Part shown: positions 24,282 through 33,514 of the stretch, one piece after another
How the letters are laid out: each line of letters starts with the position of its first letter
Numbering within the stretch: position 1 is the first letter of the stretch
NCBI GenBank assembly: GCA_002269645.1
Contig: NIVC01000469.1
Location: 248,001-312,000, forward strand
Reading direction: 5' to 3'
Length of the DNA: 64,000 nucleotides
DNA from: Macrostomum lignano
Lineage: Eukaryota
Program-made: the position numbers and the translations under genes
Notes under the pieces: generated by a model
What the model saw: the letters and a program-made list of their open reading frames with translations, nothing else
Database searches by the model: none
Told to the model about the DNA's origin: nothing

Positions 24282-25928
24282 GTGAGAAAGCAATGAAGAA
24301 TCGGTTGAAATTTTTAAAAGCTCGGATATGACTTCTTTGAGCCATTTTTTATTAGTACACTCAGTCTTTCCTAGGTAGAATACGTCGAAGCATCTTCTCC
24401 AATGTGCTCTTGCCCCGAGGTCTGACGATCAGGTAGAGCACAGTAGCTTTCGCTATGGGTACTTTTACGTTCTTGCTGCTCTCACTGTTTGTAAATGCGG
24501 TAATAGGCATTTATATGAAGCATCCTGATAATACCTAAGGCTCGCTCACACTCCCATCAAATGAACATCAAATTACACGGCTAACGAACGAAGTTGTGTG
24601 ATGACACATGTCATTTGATGCCCAATATGAAAATTTTCAGGGCCACTTAAATGATATTTAATGCGTCATGCATCAGCAGAATGCGCAACTTTCTGCTTTG
24701 CCTCTCGTCGTAAAGTAAGATAAGCAGAACGGTGACCTTGAAAGTGCATCGAATAGTGGTGTCGCTTCTAAATTTCTTGGAAAAGAGGTGGAACTTTCGT
24801 TTTCGGCAAGAGTTTGGAACGATATTCTGACCTGGTTCGCAGTCGCTCCACCGATACCGTACATTTCAATGTACTGATGGGTGGTGTACAGGAATTGTGT
24901 CGACGAACAAAAAGGAGAGTGCATTATGCTGCAAGACTGTACGATTTGCGAATCACATGATAATTCATGATCTTGATCGTACCAGTGCACTGCTGCATGG
25001 AAAGATCACAGCTATTACTAGGAACTATCGCGCGCATGTCGCCTAGCTAGGGGCTCAGATGTTTTCGCAAGAAGCTTATGCACTTTTGCCGAAATTAACC
25101 AAAGAAGAAACGATTTTTTGACACAAAAAATTGCTTGAAATTAGCCAATAGCCATACTTAGTTGAGTGGAGAAAAAAAATGGAAAAGGAAATCCATTAAT
25201 TTTATTTTCTAAAGCTCGAGAATACAGTATCAATATCTCGCATATATAATGACGAACTAGTAGCTTGTACGAGCGTACTTGTATATACAGTATTTGGGTC
25301 TACGACTGTTGACTCTCGCGATTTCACTACCGACCCTAAGCCTAAACCCTAACCCTATCCAAAATTACCAGCAGTCAAATTGCGGCATTCAGTTGGCGTG
25401 ATCCCTATACATACGAGCTGTATATATAAGCTTAAAGAAATTCAGAAACAGAAAACTCAGTTTGTTCTGGCGCTGACGTGGTTACGAGTACAGAAAAAAA
25501 GCGCAGTTCATTTCAGAACAACGGTCGCGGAGTTCACTTAAGGTCACGGAACAGCTTTGGTCATGCACGGAACGGCCTTGGTCACAGCGCAAACCCTCCG
25601 AAGGCTAATGCAGAAGCAGCATCTGGCGATGTTTTCACCTCGCTGTAGACTGTAACAATCAGTCTTTGCGCAAAAACTAACTCTGAACAATACAGTTTAA
25701 TAACTCTGCGCTAGAAAAATCCCGAGGTAGTAGTCAACGGCTAACGGGCACCCTGACTTTACCTTGGATAATTACTCGTAAACCTGAGGAATGTCCTTCT
25801 GCTAAAAAAACTAACTCTGCTTCTTGAACAAAACTTTCCGAACAAAGCCTTTGTTCTCGTCAATTGCTTCATGGATGAAATACTCAAATTCTTGTACCAT
25901 AATAACTGCCGTTCGAATCCTTCCACAG

Positions 25929-28742
25929 AAACTGGGCATCGCTGGTAAATTGCTCGCCTTCGTCGCCTCGATGCTTCTGCCGAGCGAGACGGAGGTCCTG
26001 GCGGACGTCGTCATTCGTCGATTCGAAGAGGTCAACCGACGACTCACTGGTATCGAGCGACAACTGCAGAGAGCTACCAGCTCGATTCGGGTAGCTCAGG
26101 AAACTGCCGAAACTCTCAGACCGTATCGCGATTGTCACAACGCCGTGCGAAACGGAGCACAAAAACGATCAGACATCATGATCAGAATGCAGACTGCTCG
26201 AACCAAGCATCAGCTTACGCGACTAGCCGAGGAGTTCACAAACTGGTACGAGACCTCTGAGCTGGACGCTCGACTGTCCAACTTACATCGAGTTGCAACT
26301 CGAGAGACCACCTCCGACGTCGGCCAAAACTTGTTCCAGTCGTACATAGAGCTGCACAGCTGCAGCACAAGTCGACTCGCTGAGCTCATGCTGGGAGTCG
26401 TGCATGACATGGAACTCGGATATGAGCTTCAGATGGCTTATCATTTCTTCCGAAACGGAGCAGGTCGAGCATCCGAGCAGTTGCTCAAGGCGAAAACCGA
26501 TTTGTATCAGTTGAGGTCGGCGTTCGACCGGTACTACTGGTACTGTTTAGAGAACACAAAGACGATGGCGTCCCAAGTAGTGAGAAACCTCATGGAAGAG
26601 TCGTCGAGACGAGATACCATCGCGAAAGCCAGTCATGTACTCACAGGATTGGAGAATAGATTCCATCGATTCAAATGGGCTGTGGCCGTCGGTGTAACTG
26701 ATCTCCTGCAGACAAGCACTCTCGGTGCGGAGAACTACTTTATGTTGCCGACGGCTCCGAGTGTCCTTGTGTCATTCGCTGACTCCGAGCAGTCGCTTCG
26801 GTGCTCCGATGTAAACCTCACGAGTACTCGCTTGATCTTCCGATGTCCGTCGGACTCTTGCGCAGTGGTCGCATCGACTGGGACCATCGGAAGTCGGTCA
26901 TGTCGAGGAGTATCGACTCTTGGAGCTGATGTAGGTTCCGACTGGCTCGTCTCGATGTTGAGTAATCAAGCGGAACCGTGCTCATCTCCAGATGCATGCA
27001 GCGGTCATGGAGTGTGTCGTCACGGAGCAGGTCTGACTCGTGGAGTGTGTCAGTGCGAGACCGAGTTCCAAGGAGACCGATGCGCGTTCAAGGACGACTC
27101 GTCGACAGTGTCTGCAAAGCTCATTGCTGACATGAGAGACTCTGTCGGACAGTTCACTGGTGTCCACACTACAGTAGACGTGTACTATCAACTGCTGGAT
27201 GTACAATCAACTCTGACGAGAGAGCTGCGCGGATTGAGTGCATGCACTGACCTCAACAGACTTGTAAGCTCAGATACTATCAGTGAGGCGATGTACATGG
27301 CTGAACTCAATGCACAGTTATTGAAAGGCAGCCGTACTCTCAATCAGTTCGGCGAGCTAATGCACTCACACGTCGGTTCTCGAAACCTTGAATTTTTCTT
27401 GAAATCTTTGCTCCACAAACTTCTTGGTACGAATCAATTCGGAATTCCTGGTCGAGGAATGGTACAGCTATTCAAGAGGTGCTTGGCTTTAAATCTACGC
27501 TCTCCAATGTGTGGAGAACGGTACTCAAAGTCAGTTCAGCGTCTCATCACAGGTTTGGCTCTGATGGACGAGGCGGTTGGAGAATCGCTACTCACTTACT
27601 TCAGCTGGAAGAAGGACCGAACGAACTCGGCTGATAAAATTGTCCTCGCATATCTGACCAAAGAATACAAGAACCGCACAATGCAATTCAGAGACCACTG
27701 GAAGTCTCAGTCATGCCCTGCTCTCAGACGACCGCTCGATCCGAATTTGTCTGACTGGAATCAGCGATTCTGCAACGACAGTCACAGCTTCGAGGGTCTC
27801 ACGCTGAACGTAACGTGTTCTGCTGGTCTTTGGCGGCCGCGCTCACCTTACATCACTTGTCGTCGTCTTTCTGACGGTCGTCTGGAGTGGTCGGATGAGC
27901 CTCATTGTGATCGAGAGTGGTCTGAATGGTCATCGTGGTCCCACTGCTCAGTGACATGTGGCAGCGGTCAGCAGACCCGACACAGGTGTCTGGGAGATGA
28001 TTGCACGAGACGCGACTTTAGCAGCAAGTCGTGTACTAGGATCGACTGTTGCGTAGCAAGGTATGGCGATGGGAACTTTTTCAGGTGTCGTCATTCAGGC
28101 GGAAGTCAGTGCATTCAGAAGGACCGGGTGTGTGACGGGATACCGGATTGCTCGGATGGCTCTGACGAATCGGGCTGCAACTTTGTCCGTGCTGGGAACA
28201 GAGTGTCACTGCGTATTAAAAGTGGACAGGCGTATGCCATAAATTGCTACTGCACTTCTCGGTGTCTCTTTCAACCTGTTTTCTGTGATCTGAAATACTG
28301 CTCGAATTGGCACACCGGCTGTTCTAGTGAGCACACCCATTTCTACATCTACTCTCCAGAGCGGAAATGGGGTGAAGTGATACAAAGTGGTGACACAGTC
28401 GGTCTTATGTACGACTGGCATCCATACGGCTGGCTCAGCTGCGTCGGTGGAAAATGCACAACGCGAAGTTGCCCAGGAAACGACGCCAGTCGCCTAGGTA
28501 GCCCCTGTGCCGGGGAGAAGTTTACAATTTATTCTGTGCAGAACGACGGACGCTGTCGGGGCCACAGGAACTGCGTTGGTCGACCGATTCGGGGAGGCGA
28601 ATTCGTCGCCCTTAAATTTTCGAATGGCTGGCTGAGCGGCCCTGCTATGGACAGTCCGGTTCAGATCCGCCACTGCCTGTGGCGCACCTCGATGAGCAGG
28701 GCTCCCGGCTGTCCGCACGAGGTGTGGAAGATTTACCTCTAA
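25929..28742 (+). CDS. SE-cephalotoxin-like copy 1, exon 2 (helical/coiled-coil, EGF, Sushi, TSP1, LDLa, Cys-rich C-terminal domain); ~1059 aa in total
   Basis: Acceptor ccttccacag. EGF CSSPDACSGHGVC...CQCETEFQGDRC; Sushi SCPAL...TC...WSDEPHC; TSP1 WSEWSSWSHCSVTCGSGQQTR; LDLa C..KDRVCDGIPDCSDGSDESGC. This domain order and length match Sepia SE-cephalotoxin. Confidence 0.85.
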   Translation, partial: KLGIAGKLLAFVASMLLPSETEVLADVVIRRFEEVNRRLTGIERQLQRATSSIRVAQETAETLRPYRDCHNAVRNGAQKRSDIMIRMQTARTKHQLTRLAEEFTNWYETSELDARLSNLHRVATRETTSDVGQNLFQSYIELHSCSTSRLAELMLGVVHDMELGYELQMAYHFFRNGAGRASEQLLKAKTDLYQLRSAFDRYYWYCLENTKTMASQVVRNLMEESSRRDTIAKASHVLTGLENRFHRFKWAVAVGVTDLLQTSTLGAENYFMLPTAPSVLVSFADSEQSLRCSDVNLTSTRLIFRCPSDSCAVVASTGTIGSRSCRGVSTLGADVGSDWLVSMLSNQAEPCSSPDACSGHGVCRHGAGLTRGVCQCETEFQGDRCAFKDDSSTVSAKLIADMRDSVGQFTGVHTTVDVYYQLLDVQSTLTRELRGLSACTDLNRLVSSDTISEAMYMAELNAQLLKGSRTLNQFGELMHSHVGSRNLEFFLKSLLHKLLGTNQFGIPGRGMVQLFKRCLALNLRSPMCGERYSKSVQRLITGLALMDEAVGESLLTYFSWKKDRTNSADKIVLAYLTKEYKNRTMQFRDHWKSQSCPALRRPLDPNLSDWNQRFCNDSHSFEGLTLNVTCSAGLWRPRSPYITCRRLSDGRLEWSDEPHCDREWSEWSSWSHCSVTCGSGQQTRHRCLGDDCTRRDFSSKSCTRIDCCVARYGDGNFFRCRHSGGSQCIQKDRVCDGIPDCSDGSDESGCNFVRAGNRVSLRIKSGQAYAINCYCTSRCLFQPVFCDLKYCSNWHTGCSSEHTHFYIYSPERKWGEVIQSGDTVGLMYDWHPYGWLSCVGGKCTTRSCPGNDASRLGSPCAGEKFTIYSVQNDGRCRGHRNCVGRPIRGGEFVALKFSNGWLSGPAMDSPVQIRHCLWRTSMSRAPGCPHEVWKIYL

Positions 28743-29046
28743 GTTAGAACTGCTGCTGTCTGCAAGCGTGACTTTTATAAGCCCGCTGTATAATAACTCC
28801 TGTTCATCTGCTTATTTATGCGCTCGTTTCTTTAGAAAACAGTTTTTCCCCGTGAGTTTGCTGTAGGAAAGTTTTTCTCGAATTTTCTTTTGTCCTTTTT
28901 ACGGCTGGTAGGTATGTTAGCACCAATAAAGAAAGTGGCACATACATGCGCAACTGCTGGCCGACCTAGCCGATCTGGCCACCGTAAATTGTGGTGGACC
29001 AGGGGTAAGTCGCAAAAATGCCCACACCAAAGAATACAGATGTAGT

Positions 29047-29154
29047 ACTAATTAGATGACGAGAAATTTAACCCTTATAAGACAGTTATAGTTACTCCTG
29101 CCGTTTACCCAAAATTGCGTTATGTTGCTTTAGGGTTTCTTTCACAGGTAAGTC
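29047..29154 (-). repeat. Dispersed repeat copy B with a 64-nt 28S-rRNA-like segment (29047-29110)
   Basis: 52/64 ungapped match to the same LSU region; lies between 14-bp inverted repeats catacatgcgcaac (28941-28954) and gttgcgcatgtatg (29204-29217). Confidence 0.8.
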
Positions 29155-30041
29155 GCATTTTTGGTCAAAAAGTAAGTCGCTTGGCCAGTGTAAATCAGGG
29201 GGGGTTGCGCATGTATGAAGTGGCAATTTTTCGGCGGCTTTAGATAGTCAATCATCTGAATGTAATACGATGTAATAGACTGCTAACGGTTCAGGCTAGG
29301 GTTTAAGGTTAGTTTTAAGGTTAGGGCAAGGGATTAGGAACTCGAGTTTAGGGTTAGGGTAAGAACATCCAACGATCGCGCTTAAGTCAGTTGTCGTACA
29401 GGCCAGGTAGTTGGAAATACAAAAATATGTTTTTGATGTCTCTCCATTAGTTGCTGCCCTGATAGAAGATTTTACAACCCGTCGCTATTTCACTAGGAAC
29501 CCATTTGTGTTATTAATTTTTTTGAAACTGCAATAAGTTCAATTATAATTGGCTCTATGATTATGAAGTCTTAAAAGAGATTTAGAAGATTTAGTAAATC
29601 TACAGTACTTACTAAGGTGGACACAATTACTGTAATTTCTGTCGGCTTGATCACTTTCTGATTGCATATTTATTGCATGCCGTATTCACTAGTTTCGATC
29701 ATGCAGATACCTACTTAACCGGTTTGCTATGACTTTGCTGCAGTTTTAAACGCAGTACTCGACTATTTTTCACCCCGAATTTGATTTTTATTATAAGGAT
29801 CTCTTGTTCAGCAGTATCGTCAATCGAGTCCTGCTCAAAACAGTTAAAGTGAGACACTGCTCGTCAATGGGCACTTTTAATCGACAATTTTAAATGAAAA
29901 TACGATATGTGGAGCTGTGAGTGAGCGATTGCTAAATAGCGGATGCCTATCTTTATTTTTTGTTTCGTAGCTCTTAAATGAGTGCCAGTGGTGCCAAGTT
30001 AAGCATTCGGTGGGTAATCCATTTTTTTCTGCTGCTGGCGC

Positions 30042-31285
30042 CAAAATGAGTGCTAAAACAAGTACCAAATATGGCGCAAAAATGAGTGCTAAAACAAGTA
30101 CCAAATATGGCGCCAAAATAAGTACCAAAACGGCGCCAAAATGCGTGCATAAATGAGTACCGAAATGGCCTCACAATTAGTACTAAAATGAGTACCAAAA
30201 CGGCGCCAAAATGAGTGCTAAAACAAGTACCAAATATGGCGCCAAAATAAGTACCAAAACGGCGCCAAAATGCGTGCATAAATGAGTACCGAAATGGCCT
30301 CACAATTAGTACTAAAATGAGTACCAAAACGGCGCCAAAATGAGTGCTAAAACAAGTACCAAATATGGCGCCAAAATGAGTACCAAAACGGCGCCAAAAT
30401 GCGTGCATAAATGAGTACCGAAATGGCCTCACAATTAGTACTAAAATGAGTACCAAAATGGCGCCAAAATTAGTGCTAAAACTGCGCCAAAATGAGTACC
30501 AAAACTGTCCAAAATGAGTATCAAAACGGCGCCAAAATGAGTATCAAAACTGCGCCAAAATGAGTAATAAAATAGCGCCAAAATGAGGGCCAAAACTGCG
30601 CCAAAATGAGTGCAAAAATGAGTACCAAAACGGCGCCAAAATGAGTGCAAAAATAAGTACCAAATATGGCGCCAAAATAAGTACCAAAACGGCGCCAAAA
30701 TGCGTGCATAAATGAGTACCGAAATGGCCTCACAATTAGTACTAAAATGAGTACCAAAACGGCGCCAAAATGAGTGCTAAAACAAGTACCAAATATGGCG
30801 CCAAAATGAGTACCAAAACGGCGCCAAAATGCGTGCATAAATGAGTACCGAAATGGCCTCACAATTAGTACTAAAATGAGTACCAAAATGGCGCCAAAAT
30901 TAGTGCTAAAACTGCGCCAAAATGAGTACCAAAACTGTCCAAAATGAGTATCAAAACGGCGCCAAAATGAGTATCAAAACTGCGCCAAAATGAGTGCAAA
31001 AATGAGTACCAAAACGGCGCCAAAATGAGTGCAAAAATGAGTACCAAATATGGCGCCAAAATAAGTACCAAAACGGCGCCAAAATGCGTGCATAAATGAG
31101 TACCGAAATGGCCTCACAATTAGTGCTAAAATGAGTACCAAACTGTCCAAAATGAGTATCAAAACGGCGCCAAAATGAGTACCGAAGAGACACCAAAATT
31201 AGTACCAAAACGGCACCTAAATGAGTACCAAGATGAGTGCCAAAATGAGTGCCAAAATAAGTACCAAAACGGTGCCAAAATGAAT
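30042..31285. repeat. Complex satellite of ~11-12-bp subunits (aaaatgagtacc / aaaacggcgcc) with ~120-bp higher-order units
   Basis: Direct reading; the 40-aa periodicity of the spurious minus-strand ORFs reflects the 120-bp unit. Confidence 0.95.
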
Positions 31286-31819
31286 CGGTTATGCGATTGC
31301 ATTACTGACTAATAACTAGATATAAGACAGATTGAAACCAGTAGCGCTCCTCAATTTGACGTGCCCTAATAGCCAAGGTGGACAAAACCGCATACGATGC
31401 CAATTAATTATACTTTACTGCTATGCTAACACAAGTACAGAAAGAAATTTCCAATGTTCACCTTTTTCATTGCGCCAGGTGTGCAAGTTTTTGCTTGCAA
31501 TCTTTTAAGCCGAGTCGTGCCAAAAATACGCAGGTGCGCTTATGACACTGCGGGCTACATTATTCTACAAAATACCAACCTTACTGTTCTACTGTTAGTA
31601 GCAAAAAAGATTTTCTACAAGCGTACGATGGCTTGAATCGGTTAGGCCAACGCGATGATTGGACAGCTGTGCAAGGATTGGCTGGATAAATGGCAATATA
31701 AGTAATCTCTCTGTCCTGGAATCGAGGAATTATTGCATCTTCGCTTGGCTGATTACTGCTCTGCAGAGCCCACAAGTTTATCTACATATTCAGTGCACGC
31801 AATACAAGGCTTAAAACTG

Positions 31820-32155
31820 ATGGCTTCATCACTGAAGCTGCAGCGGCAATTGACGGTGTCTGTCATGCTGCTTCCGCTGCTGCTGCTGCCGCTAGCTTTG
31901 ACTTCGACAACTACGCCGACCACTGTACCGACAACGAAGGAAGCGCCGACGACACCGACGCCGACCGACGGCTATTCGGCACAGCCCGGGGTGGCGGCCG
32001 CTCAGCTCGATCTGGCCGACCGAATGGCGACCGAGCTGTCCGAGTGGGCCGGCCGTCTGGCGGAGGCGGGCGCCGATGCAGCTGACCAAGTTCGGACGGC
32101 CCGCTATACCAGGACTGCGGTTGGCGCCATCGAGATGATCGGGAGATTCAACAAG
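31820..32155 (+). CDS. SE-cephalotoxin-like copy 2, exon 1
   Basis: MASSLKLQRQLTVSVMLLPLLLLPLALT..., paralogous to 23916-24281; donor AAG|gtgaga, phase 0. Confidence 0.85.
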
Positions 32156-33514
32156 GTGAGAGGCACAGGGCTTCCCGCCGCATCATTTGGCTGTTCCCAA
32201 ATTGTCTGAATAATGCATCCTAAAAAGTCTTACTTTTCGCTTTCAACTTAGGTTATAAAGTGCATGTTTACTGCCAAAATCTTTCAGATAACTGTAATAA
32301 CTACTTACTCATGATAGTTTCCAAACCAAATCACTGACTGTGTGAATTGTTAATTGTTTAAAAGCTATTCCTTTCACGTAAAGCACGATCGAATATGGGT
32401 TATTTAACCCGGAATTCAGCATTCATATTTGTTATGTTCGTTTTCAAAGTTGGCATCAATCTTGGGACTCGTAATGACATTTGCAGTTCAATTGAATTTA
32501 AATCATTTTTTAGGCTTTACAACTTAAGTTTTATTGAGTGAATCGTGAATCGTAAGAATAAACAACGTTCCAACCCGTGACGGATTAAGCCTAGCTGGTC
32601 GAAAAGCAGCCAACTTTGACTGAAACTGTCGGAATGGTCTTTGGCTGGGGTTAAAGACGATAACCGAGCAAACAGAATTCAAAAGACGGCAAGCTTTGAT
32701 AAGCTTCTAACCCAGATAAGGATAAACAAAGCCTTCCTGTGTTCTGCAAGATCTTCACTTCTGTGGCATCTGGCCGTACACTGTTTCCAGGCGTCACGTG
32801 AATAAACACGCGACTGCCTGTATTTAGGCCAGAAGTTTTACCGATTTAAACAAAGCGTTACTTAGTGCAGATAGATGCGTAGCAGAATCCGGTGAAAGGG
32901 TTACGCGGGGGAGAAGGTGGAACGAAGGAAAATGTGCTGACCTAACAGTTTCGCGCACAGCTTCGTTTGCTTCTAGCAAGCCAGCAGGGCCATTGGAAAA
33001 TCAGGCCACTGGCACTGATGGGCTTGTACAGAGCTTTTCCACTTCTAGGGACCATCAACAGAGCGCGTGATTATGTTGCCAGCAGCAAATGACGCAATAT
33101 TGATAAACAGCTCGAGCTCATCTAAGCCACAAACAGAGCTAAAAAGCACCCAAGACCAAACTTTGTCTTCTTATCGTGATAAAACCAAATTTGCTGTTCA
33201 AAATGGGCTCATACTATATAGATAGCTATTAAAAATCGAATTCAGAATAATAGGCATCATTCGCAAAAGTAAACACATATTGTACATAACTGAACAGGGT
33301 AAAACACTTTACAAAGTTTTCTGGAAAAAAAATATTTCAGCTCAAAAACGGCTCAGATTTAAAGTAGTAACAATAAGAATAAAAGAAACCGTGTGGTTTC
33401 CCAAAAACCCTACTTCTAACCTGAAAATTAATCCTAACCTAACGCTTACTACAAGTAATGTACCCATGCACAAATTCTCGTGCCGTAAGAACTGCCGTTT
33501 GAATCCTTCCACAG

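Noticed and set aside
25335-25360. Telomere-like CCCTAA tracts (also ~29300-29360 and ~33410-33445)
   Set aside because: Short and degenerate; such tracts are common inside invertebrate repeats and are not true interstitial telomeres.
29068-29076. TTAA-CCCT piggyBac/Pokey-like terminus
   Set aside because: Homology with copy A continues across it, and no matching right end was found.
29877-31208. Hydrophobic repetitive minus-strand ORFs
   Set aside because: Translation of satellite DNA.
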